From Candidatus Saccharimonadota bacterium (lineage in GTDB: Bacteria; Patescibacteriota; Saccharimonadia; Saccharimonadales; UBA4665), in the NCBI GenBank assembly GCA_016699935.1, contig CP064992.1, forward strand, positions 990,001 to 1,022,000: DNA of 32,000 bases, read 5' to 3'. Position 1 is the first letter of the stretch, and each line of letters starts with the position of its first letter. The notes below the pieces were generated by a model. The model saw only the letters and a list, made by a program, of their open reading frames with translations. It made no database searches and was not told where the DNA came from. The translations under genes were made by a program, and so were the position numbers. Shown piece after piece: positions 1 through 7,833 of the stretch.

Positions 1-699
1 GGGTTCAAAAAGTTTGTGCATTTGCTCTGGAGCCTAATACCCGACGGTTTGCAGTTGCTGCGCGGTGTACCAAAGCTCATTCTCATGGTGGAGTTCAACG
101 GTGAGACAGAGGAAGAAGTTCGCGCCAAAGTGAGTGCCTTGCACCGAGACCTCGGCAAATTCCATGCTCGGTACGAGATAAATGGTTTTGAAGAGGATCC
201 TACAGAAGGAAAAAGTGAGAAGTTCTGGGTGATGCGTCGATACAGTTTCCAGATACTCCGCAGCAAGGTGAAGGATAAGCACACAGCTCCGTACATCGAC
301 GATTTTGTTGTGCCGCCGAAGCATTTGGTTGAGTTTCTTCCAGCACTTCAGAAAATCATTAAAAAGTACAAATTGTTTGCCACAATAGCCGGGCATATGG
401 GCGATGGTAACTTCCATGTGATCCCACTTATGAAAATTGAAGATGATCGTGAGCGCAAAAAAATCGAGCCATCTCAGCGAGAAGTCAATAACCTTGTACT
501 GAAGTACGGCGGTAGCCTAAGCGGTGAGCACAATGATGGCTTGGTGCGAGGCCCATGGCTCGAGGCTCAGTTTGGAAAGCCTGTGCTTGCGCTATTTAAA
601 CAAGTCAAAGACATATTTGACCCAGAAAACATCTTCAACCCACAAAAAACCGACGCCACGTGGGATTACTCCTACAGCCACATCCGAGAACATTTCTAA
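1..699 (+). CDS. FAD-linked oxidase, C-terminal domain (GlcD / D-lactate dehydrogenase-like), 5' end outside window
   Basis: Frame 1 is open to base 1. Motifs GGSLSGEHNDGLVRGPWL and IFDPENIFNPQK are typical of the FAD-oxidase C-terminal domain. Confidence 0.75.
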   Translation, partial: GFKKFVHLLWSLIPDGLQLLRGVPKLILMVEFNGETEEEVRAKVSALHRDLGKFHARYEINGFEEDPTEGKSEKFWVMRRYSFQILRSKVKDKHTAPYIDDFVVPPKHLVEFLPALQKIIKKYKLFATIAGHMGDGNFHVIPLMKIEDDRERKKIEPSQREVNNLVLKYGGSLSGEHNDGLVRGPWLEAQFGKPVLALFKQVKDIFDPENIFNPQKTDATWDYSYSHIREHF

Positions 700-859
700 A
701 ACACAAATTTTTTTCACACGCCTGAGTTACAAGCATCACGTTTCGCTGTAGTTGTTCTTGCCTGCCAGTTACCGTTTGTCCGAGAAACGGCTCCCAAACA
801 ACTTTATGTCATAGAAGCATAGCCGCTTTCTATGTGCTGGTGTACAATTATGCGTAAGC

Positions 860-1877
860 ATGATGAAGGGGTTTAAGCGAGTTGCAGCGGATATGTCCCG
901 GGTGAAAGTCCCCGCTGTTCCACGTGTGTCCCGGACGAAAATGACCGTTTTGTGGCTCGTGGGTGGGGCGCTCGTGGTAGGTTTGCTTGTGGTGCTATCT
1001 CTGAACCATTCGTTTCCACTTTTGCAGACACGCGGTGAAATAGCGAACCGGCAGCGCGATTTGCTGGTATTTGCGACGGCGCTGGCACTGCTTGTGCTGG
1101 TGCCGGTGTACTTCATGATATTTACGTTTGCCTGGCGGTACCGAGCGGGGCACAAACAAGATTACAAGCCAGAGTGGGACACGCACAAAGGGTATGAGGC
1201 GCTCTGGTGGGGTATACCTATTGCCATCATTAGCGTGCTCGCCGTCGTGACGTGGGTGACTAGCCATAGTTTGGACCCATTCAAGCCACTTGCCAGCAGC
1301 CAAAAACCACTGCAAGTGCAGGTGGTGGCGCTACAATGGAAGTGGCTGTTTATCTACCCTGAACAAGGTGTCGCAAGCGTGAACGAAGTGGCCTTCCCCG
1401 CTAGCCGACCAGTGGAATTCACCATGACGAGCGATGCGCCGATGAATAGCTTCTGGATACCGCAGCTTGCAGGCCAAATTTACGTTATGAGTGGCATGTC
1501 GACCAAACTGCACGTGGTGGCCGATGTACCGGGCGTGTACCAGGGGATGTCGTCGAATATCAGCGGTAAAGGCTTTGCCGACATGAAGTTTAAAGGCGCG
1601 GGCAATGACCGCACGTGATTTTGACTCGTGGATAGCTACTGCATACGCTAACGAGCAGTTAACACAAGAGCGTTACGATATGCTCACCAAACCAAGTACG
1701 AACACGGTTTCGTACTTTCGCGCGCAAGATCAGACTGTCTATGACAATGTTATCATGAAGTATATGCATAGTACGGCGCCAAATGAAGTGAAAGCATTAG
1801 AGAATAAAGCACCATCCCGCGCGGGTAATGGAATGAAATTGGGCACCACATGGAGGGCATGCACCAATGAGCTATGA
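860..1877 (+). pseudogene. cyoA: cytochrome bo3 ubiquinol oxidase subunit II (CyoA), frame broken once as sequenced
   Basis: ORF 860-1618 is colinear with CyoA up to ...GKGFADMKFK. The C-terminal part (ARAMTARDFDSWIA ... YFRAQDQTVYDNVIMKYMH) continues in ORF 1605-1877, frame +1. Dropping one G at 1595-1596 gives KFKARAMTARDFDSW, matching E. coli MKFKAIATPDRAAFDQW (recalled from memory). The start codon is uncertain (860, 893 or 941). Confidence 0.85.
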
Positions 1878-1923
1878 CTTACGAGACATGAGACAAAAAG
1901 CTTCGCGCATAAGTACTCCATTA

Positions 1924-1951
1924 CTCATGACTCATGACTCATGTCTCATGA
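1924..1951. repeat. heptamer tandem repeat (CTCATGA)x4, third unit CTCATGT, in the cyoA-cyoB spacer
   Basis: Read directly: ctcatga ctcatga ctcatgt ctcatga, immediately upstream of the cyoB RBS. Confidence 0.9.
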
Positions 1952-1970
1952 CTCTCCAGGGAGGTATACG

Positions 1971-3950
1971 ATGATTTTTGCTGATCTGCTTGGGAAGATG
2001 GAGTGGAGCTATTTCTGGCACGGTTGGGTGCAATTTGGTGGCCAGGCAGGACTGGTACTTGGTCTACTCACGGTAGTGGCGCTTCTGACATATTTCAAAA
2101 AGTGGCAATGGCTGTGGCGCGAGTGGTTGACCACGCAGGACGCCAAGCGTATCGGTGTGATGTACATTGTCGTATCGGTGGTGATGCTTTTGCGTGGGTT
2201 TGGCGACGCGATAATGATGAAACTCCAGCAAGCGCTTGCCAGCGGTAATTCCGATGGCTTCCTCGATGCCGAGCACTTTCAGCAGATATTCACGGCGCAC
2301 GGCACCATTATGATATTCTTTGTGGCGATGGGGCTGATGTTCGGCATCATTAACCTCGTTCTGCCGCTAATGCTTGGTGCTCGCGATGTTGCCTTCCCGA
2401 CACTGAATTCCGTCAGTTTTTACCTGTATTTTGCTGGTGTGGTGTTGGTAAATCTTTCGCTTGTATTCGGTGAGTTTGGTGCGGTCGGCTGGCTGGCCTA
2501 CCCGCCGTTGAGCGAGCTCGCCTACAGCCCTGGTCCCGGTGTAGACTACTGGCTGTGGAGCATACAAATCGCTGGAGTGGGTAGTTTGCTGAGTGGCATA
2601 AATTTCATCGTGACCATCTTGAAACTTCGCGCTAAAGGCATGTCACTCATGAAGATGCCCATTTTCGCCTGGAGTGTGCTTGGCGCTATGATGCTCGTGG
2701 TGGTGGTATTCCCCATTCTCACTGCAACGCTATTTATGCTTTCACTTGACCGCGCAATGGGCATGCACTATTTTACGGCTGACCTTGGTGGCAATGCCAT
2801 GATGTACATTAACCTCATTTGGGCGTGGGGTCACCCGGAGGTGTACATACTGGTGCTGCCTGCATTTGGCATGTACAGCGAGATTGTGGCGACCTTAAGC
2901 CGCAAGCGACTGTTTGGCTACACCAGCATGGTGTGGGCGCTCATGTGCATCACAGTGCTGTCGTTCCTGGTGTGGGCGCACCACTTTTTCACTATGGGCG
3001 CGGGCGGCAATGTGAACGCGTTTTTTGGCATCATGACCATGGTCATCGCCATCCCAACTGGGGTGAAAGTGTTCAACTGGCTGTTTACAATGTACAAGGG
3101 TCGCATAGAGTTCATGACGCCCATGTGGTGGTTTATGGCCTTCGTGACGACTTTTCTTATAGGTGGAGCAACTGGCGTACTTCTGGCGGTACCAGCAATA
3201 GATTTCCAGGTACACAACAGCCTGTTCTTAGTAGCGCATTTTCACAATACCATCATCAGTGGCGTGGTGTTTGGCTATCTTGCAGGAATCGCCTACTGGT
3301 TCCCCAAAATCTTTGGGTTTCGATTGCATGAGCGGCTCGGTAAGACGGCGGTGACGTGTTGGGTGGTTGGCTTTTTGGTCACGTTCATACCCATTTACAT
3401 CCTTGGATTTATGGGTGCGACTAGGCGGCTTGATCACTATGACCCAAGCATGGGCTGGCAGTCGCTGTTTATTGTATCGGGTATCGGAACACTCATAATT
3501 GGTCTCGGTGTGGTGTTGCAGGTAGCTCAGCTGGTCTACAGCATATGGAAACGCCGAGAACTGCGAGATAAAACCGGTGATCCGTGGGGAGGGCGCACGC
3601 TTGAGTGGTCTGTGCCCTCGCCTGCGCCGCACTATAACTTTGCGCGTTTACCTGTCGTCACTGCCCGCGACGCATTTTGGGAGGCAAAACAAACCAAGCG
3701 GTCGCTGTATAGCGGGCCGTACACCGCATTTGAGCTTCCGCGAAATACTGGCATGGGTGTCTGGATTGGCGCATTCGCTTGTTTGTTTGGGTTTGCCGTG
3801 ATCTGGCACCTGTGGTGGCTAGCGGTGCTGGTGCTTTTAGGTATAGTAGTGACGCTCATTCGCCGTACTTTTGAGGAAGATACAGAGTACCATGTGACTG
3901 CGGCAGAGGCAAAACGACTCGATGTGGCTGCGACGAAAGGACAGGTATGA
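1971..3950 (+). CDS. cyoB: cytochrome bo3 ubiquinol oxidase subunit I (CyoB)
   Basis: Colinear with E. coli CyoB over the whole length, including [15 protein letters not shown] and HFHN metal-ligand motifs. RBS AGGGAGG at 1958-1964 favours ATG 1971 over the ORF-track ATG 1941. Confidence 0.95.
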   Translation: MIFADLLGKMEWSYFWHGWVQFGGQAGLVLGLLTVVALLTYFKKWQWLWREWLTTQDAKRIGVMYIVVSVVMLLRGFGDAIMMKLQQALASGNSDGFLDAEHFQQIFTAHGTIMIFFVAMGLMFGIINLVLPLMLGARDVAFPTLNSVSFYLYFAGVVLVNLSLVFGEFGAVGWLAYPPLSELAYSPGPGVDYWLWSIQIAGVGSLLSGINFIVTILKLRAKGMSLMKMPIFAWSVLGAMMLVVVVFPILTATLFMLSLDRAMGMHYFTADLGGNAMMYINLIWAWGHPEVYILVLPAFGMYSEIVATLSRKRLFGYTSMVWALMCITVLSFLVWAHHFFTMGAGGNVNAFFGIMTMVIAIPTGVKVFNWLFTMYKGRIEFMTPMWWFMAFVTTFLIGGATGVLLAVPAIDFQVHNSLFLVAHFHNTIISGVVFGYLAGIAYWFPKIFGFRLHERLGKTAVTCWVVGFLVTFIPIYILGFMGATRRLDHYDPSMGWQSLFIVSGIGTLIIGLGVVLQVAQLVYSIWKRRELRDKTGDPWGGRTLEWSVPSPAPHYNFARLPVVTARDAFWEAKQTKRSLYSGPYTAFELPRNTGMGVWIGAFACLFGFAVIWHLWWLAVLVLLGIVVTLIRRTFEEDTEYHVTAAEAKRLDVAATKGQV

Positions 3951-4585
3951 GCCAAGCACGACCTCAAACTTCTGCTTTGCACGTTGGAGCACAGAAGAAC
4001 CCAAAAAGGCTGGAGGCGCCGCCGTAGATAAGACGAAGGGAACACTCGGGTTTTGGATATATCTCATGACCGATTGCGTGCTGTTCGCGAGTTTATTTGC
4101 AACATTTATGGTGCTGCGCGGAGGCACGGCTGGCGGGCCGGACGGCAAGGACATCTTTGACCTGTCGTTTGTGCTCGTAGAAACAGTGTTGCTCCTGCTG
4201 AGTAGCCTTGCGAGCGGTATGGCATTGCTTGCGGCACACGCTGGACATAGAACACACACTTTGCGTTGGCTCGAGGCGACAGGTGTGCTGGGTGTGGCCT
4301 TTCTCAGCTTGGAATTGTTTGAGTTTAGCACGCTTGTGGCGGAAGGCCATAGCTGGACGCAGAGTGCATTCCTATCGTCGTATTTTGGGCTAGTCGGTAC
4401 ACATGGGCTGCATATCTTTGCTGGACTACTCTGGTTAGGTGGCACCTGGCTGTACATATACAAACGTGGTTTGAGCGGTCGACTTTATGAGCAGGCTTAC
4501 CATGTTTACGATGTTTTGGCATTTCCTTGATATTGTCTGGATTGGTATATTCACCATCGTCTACTTACTGGGGTTATCTAAATGA
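3947..4585 (+). pseudogene. cyoC: cytochrome bo3 ubiquinol oxidase subunit III (CyoC), two frame breaks as sequenced
   Basis: The core (GFWIYLMTDCVLFASLFATF ... GLVGTHGLHIFAGLLW) lies in ORF 3922-4530. The conserved C-terminus LTMFTMFWHFLDIVWIGIFTIVYLLGLSK* is in frame +1 (4496-4585), and its TGA overlaps the cyoD ATG (ATGA at 4582-4585). The likely start is ATG 3947, overlapping the cyoB stop (ATGA). It reads [20 protein letters not shown] in another frame, joining at the A5 run 4003-4007. Confidence 0.85.
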
Positions 4586-4980
4586 AATTGTCAAAGCACA
4601 TCCAACCACTGCCAAATTTCCGAAAAGCAAGCGCGGCGACGTATGTGGCTGGGTTTGCGCTATCGGTTGTGCTGACACTGGCGTCGTTTGCCTTAGTGTG
4701 GGCGTACCGCGCAGCCGAAGAGGTGGTGTTTAGCCGTGGCGTTCTGATTGGCCTCCTGGCTGTTGCTGCCATTATGCAGATACTAGTGCAGGTCTTGTTT
4801 TTCTTGCACGTATCGACAGAGCGCCGCGTCCGAATAAACCTGTATGCTGGGGCCTTTACCGTGTTTGTGGTACTGTGCTTGGTGATTGGTTCAATCTGGA
4901 TTATGCAAAACCTTGACTACAATATGATGCCTCGTGACATAACTGAGATGGTCGAACACGACGAAAGCCTTTCACAGTAA
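4582..4980 (+). CDS. cyoD: cytochrome bo3 ubiquinol oxidase subunit IV (CyoD)
   Basis: 132-aa three-TM protein. YVAGFALSVVLT, QVLFFLH and VIGSIWIMQNLDYNMM are colinear with E. coli CyoD. Confidence 0.9.
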   Translation: MKLSKHIQPLPNFRKASAATYVAGFALSVVLTLASFALVWAYRAAEEVVFSRGVLIGLLAVAAIMQILVQVLFFLHVSTERRVRINLYAGAFTVFVVLCLVIGSIWIMQNLDYNMMPRDITEMVEHDESLSQ

Positions 4981-5120
4981 ATGACCAAAACTCAAGCATT
5001 AAAGACCAGGCACTATTTCAATTGCGCAACGACTCAAGGGGCTTTCCCGAGACTTTCGGACATCATGTCATTGCTCAGTCAGTGGTCCTGGCGTTTTGAT
5101 TATTACGAAAGAGGTATGGG

Positions 5121-5977
5121 ATGAGAGTAAAAGACTTTGTAATAGTGGCGAAGCCCGGGATAGTATTTGGCAATGTTTTTGCTGGTGTCGGAGGGTTTTT
5201 TGTTGGTTCACCTGATGTGGTGAAGTGGCCTGCTCTGTTTGGTTTGATTGCTGGCATGACGGCAATCATTGCAGCCTCGTGTGTGGTCAATAACTATCTC
5301 GATGCAGACATAGACGCACGCATGAAACGTACGGCTAAACGGCCATCGGTGACAGGTGTCATTCCTCTTCGAGTTGGACGAATCTACGCTGCGATGCTGT
5401 ATGCTCTAGGATTTGTGTTGCTGCTATGGCTTACCGGTGTCCCCACAGCGTTGATTGGTTTGTTTGGTGCTGTTATGTACACAATGGTGTATGGCTACGC
5501 CAAGCGCCGTACCCCATGGGCAACATTCATTGGCGCATTACCTGGTGCTACACCGCCGCTGGCTGGCTACGTAGCGGCGACTGGCCGGTTTGATGAGGCG
5601 GCCTGGCTGCTTTTTATCATTATGCTTGCCTGGCAAATGCCGCATTTTCACGCCATTGCTATTCGACGGCTTGCAGATTATACAGCGGCAAACATTCCAG
5701 TTATGCCAGGCGTACATGGACTCCCACGTACTGTATGGGAAATGCGGTTTTTGGTTTGGTATTCATAAGCGCCTGTTACCTGCTGGCACGCTGGGGTCAC
5801 GCGGGCTTTATGTTTGGCCTAGCGACGGTTGCCGTAGGTCTATACTGGTTGCAGCCCATGTTCAGCCCCCGCTGGCGACGTGACCGTGAAGATATCGCTA
5901 AAATTGTTTTCAAACGCTCCCTGCTTGTCCTGATGGTACTAAACACCTTCATGACCCTCTCGCATGTGCTGCTATAG
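5121..5977 (+). pseudogene. cyoE: protoheme IX farnesyltransferase / heme O synthase (CyoE), one frame break as sequenced
   Basis: ORF 5121-5768 (VAKPGIVFGNVF, NNYLDADIDARMKRT, WQMPHFHAIAI, ANIPVMP) continues in ORF 5735-5977 (frame -1). Lengthening the T5 run 5748-5752 by one base gives a colinear 286-aa CyoE. RBS AAGAGG at 5107-5112. Confidence 0.85.
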
Positions 5978-6092
5978 CATGTTTCATCAATACATAACCA
6001 CCCCAGACGTTTAGCAAATACCCTACACTACAATGAGCGAAGCGAACGAGCCGATAGACGAGCTTTAGTGAGGGTGGAGAGTTCGATAGGTT

Positions 6093-6115
6093 ATGTCGAA
6101 CTCGGTATAGAATAG
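6093..6115. repeat. 23-bp direct repeat, copy 1 (ATGTCGAACTCGGTATAGAATAG)
   Basis: Identical 23-mer recurs at 6267-6289. Confidence 0.9.
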
Positions 6116-6142
6116 TCTGGGTTAAACATAACTGTCGACCTC

Positions 6143-6173
6143 AAAAGTGGAGGGCTCGCCCTCCCCACTTTTT
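6143..6173 (+). terminator. rho-independent terminator-like hairpin downstream of the cyo operon
   Basis: AAAAGTGGAGGG-CTCG-CCCTCC(C)CACTTTT followed by a T run. The A-tract on the 5' side makes it potentially bidirectional. Confidence 0.6.
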
Positions 6174-6197
6174 GGCTGGAGTAAATCCAGCCAAAAG
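6168..6197 (+). terminator. second tandem hairpin (CTTTTGGCTGGA-GTAAA-TCCAGCCAAAAG)
   Basis: 12-bp perfect stem sharing the T run of the previous hairpin. Confidence 0.45.
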
Positions 6198-6266
6198 TTC
6201 CCCAACCCCTAAAGGCGCCGCTCTCGCATCGCTGCTGACGGCGAGTAGGGCCTTTGTAGTATGCTC

Positions 6267-6289
6267 ATGTCGAACTCGGTATAGAATAG
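6267..6289. repeat. 23-bp direct repeat, copy 2
   Basis: Identical to 6093-6115. Lies 9 bp upstream of the ATG at 6298. Confidence 0.9.
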
Positions 6290-6297
6290 AGTAGAAT

Positions 6298-7224
6298 ATG
6301 GTTATGGTTCGTTTAGAGAAAAAAATGATTCGTCCGGTTGTTTCGCTTGGTTTCGTTGCTCTGGTAGCAGTGTTTGTCTGGCAAAACTGGGAAACGTTTG
6401 GACAGAGTATAAAGGTAATAAAAAGTGCTTCGTTGGATGATTTCTGGTTGGCGATTCCCTTGGTTGGCCTTACCTTTTTACTCGCAGTGTTTTCGTATGG
6501 TTTTTGGCTTTCCGGCGGCTAAAGCTACGGGAGCTACTGATCGTTGAGCTTGCAGCAGCGTTTATAAATCGTTTAATCCCCTCTGGCTTAGGCGGATTGG
6601 GCGTGCACGGCCTGTACCTACACAAACGGCGCCATTCGGTCGCAGAAGCAACCGCGGTGGTAAGTATCAATAACCTCCTCGGAATGAGTGTTCACTTACT
6701 TTTGCTTGGGTTTATTCTGGTGGCTGGATCTGCTGGCCAGTTACACCTGGGATGGTCACAAAAACAGGGGTGGGTATTACTTGGGATTGGTTTCGTGATT
6801 GGAGCGGCACTGCTAATGCGGCGCGCTAGGCGCATAGTAATTCGCTTTGTGCGAAACTTGCTAGTTAGCCTGCGTCGGTATGAACGTCAGCCGCACAGAC
6901 TCGTTTACGCTGCGCTGCACTGTGCGCTCTTACGATCACCAATGTGCTCATCCTCCATTTGGCTGCTCGTAATTTTGGCGTGTGGCTCGACCTTCCCAGC
7001 TGTTTCTCGTCTACACAGGTGGCGTCTTGCTCGGTGCGGCCGTACCGACTCCAGGCGGTCTTGCGGGTGTTGAAGCTGGGCTTGTGGGTGGTTTCATGGC
7101 TTACGGTGTGGCCGGTACCACCGCCATAGCAATCGCCCTCGCCTTTCGCCTGGCTACCTACTGGCTCCCAATGCTACCCGGAGTCATAGCTTTGTTTGCG
7201 GCAAATAGAAAACACTTGATCTAA
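6298..7224 (+). pseudogene. UPF0104 / lysyl-PG-synthase-TM-like (flippase-like) polytopic membrane protein, about three frame breaks as sequenced
   Basis: Pieces in frame 1 (6298-6522), frame 0 (6504 to ~6930), frame 2 (~6920-7006: LTITNVLILHLAARNFGVWLDLPS) and frame 1 (6982-7224) read as one protein. The C-terminal AVPTPGGLAGVEAGLVGGFMAYGV...AFRLATYWLPMLPG is the family signature. Confidence 0.6.
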
Positions 7225-7279
7225 GGTTGAATTTAACGACCCCTCAGGTAGAATTACGTCTAGCTATATCGGTAGCCAT

Positions 7280-7641
7280 TGGGGTTATCAAGTGGTAAGG
7301 CACCAGCTGTTTGAGCGCTGAAAGCGCGAGTAAATATTCAAACGGTCCTGGACCAAAACATTACCAGTTGGCGGACCCGCACCGTACATTTCACATCATT
7401 GGGGGTTGGCCAAGTGGTAAGGCACCAGCTGTTTGAGCGCTGAAAGCGCGAGTAAATAATCAAACGGTCCTGGACAAAACATTACCAGTTGGCGGACCCG
7501 CACCGCACATTTCACATCATTGGGGTTGGCCAAGTGGTAAGGCACCAGCTGTTTGAGCGCTGAAAGCGCGAGTAAATAATCAAACGGTCCAGGACCAAAA
7601 CATTACCAGTTGGCGGACCCGCACCGCACATTTCACATCAT
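7280..7641 (+). repeat. three tandem 120/121/121-bp units, each starting with the 5' half of tRNA-Gln and containing an antisense tRNA-Gln half
   Basis: Unit starts at 7280, 7400 and 7521. Units are near-identical with a few substitutions and indels. See findings. Confidence 0.95.
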
Positions 7642-7714
7642 TGGGGTTGGCCAAGTGGTAAGGCACCAGGTTTTGGTCCTGGCATTCGGGGGTTCGAATC
7701 CCTCACCCCAGCCA
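7642..7714 (+). tRNA. tRNA-Gln, anticodon UUG, CCA encoded
   Basis: TGGGGTTGGCCAAGTGGTAAGGCACCAGGTTTTGGTCCTGGCATTCGGGGGTTCGAATCCCTCACCCCAGCCA. The anticodon arm is CCAGG-TTTTGGT-CCTGG and the T loop is TTCGAAT. Closely resembles E. coli tRNA-Gln2 (from memory). The acceptor/T-stem junction looks 1 nt short by hand folding. Confidence 0.9.
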
Positions 7715-7735
7715 AATTAGTTTTAACTATTTTAA

Positions 7736-7768
7736 CCAAACCACGACCCCTGTCGTGGTTTGGCTTTT
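7736..7768 (+). terminator. rho-independent terminator after tRNA-Gln
   Basis: CCAAACCACGAC-CCCT-GTCGTGGTTTGG followed by CTTTT. Confidence 0.75.
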
Positions 7769-7790
7769 ATGTTAGGTATAGTTTGGTTAC

Positions 7791-7818
7791 GTTCTATATG
7801 ACCCCTGAAATATAGAAC
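7791..7818 (-). terminator. hairpin just downstream of the copA stop
   Basis: GTTCTATAT-(10 nt)-ATATAGAAC, 9-bp stem, 16 nt after the copA stop. No clear T tail. Confidence 0.4.
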
Positions 7819-7833
7819 GATTTATGCAAAAAC

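Noticed and set aside
1829-1870. An alternative frame at the cyoA 3' end reads WNEIGHHMEGMHQ*, reminiscent of the His/Met-rich tail of E. coli CyoA. This would imply a second frameshift.
   Set aside because: Only 13 codons are open in that frame and the tail is poorly conserved among CyoA proteins. This is too weak to call.
1941-1970. The ORF-track start of cyoB at ATG 1941, giving the N-terminus [10 protein letters not shown].
   Set aside because: That ATG lies inside the heptamer repeat. The strong RBS AGGGAGG sits downstream of it and is correctly spaced for ATG 1971.
4981-5127. A 48-codon ORF (MTKTQALKTRHYFNCATTQGAFPRLSDIMSLLSQWSWRFDYYERGMG*) fills the cyoD-cyoE spacer. It could be a small subunit or a frame-shifted N-terminal extension of cyoE.
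   Set aside because: There is no RBS and no similarity that I recognise. cyoE has its own RBS and a full-length N-terminus starting at 5121.
7280-7641. Regular ~120-bp periodicity suggested a CRISPR array.
   Set aside because: The whole 120-121 bp unit repeats, so there are no unique spacers. The units are contiguous and tRNA-derived, and no cas genes are nearby.
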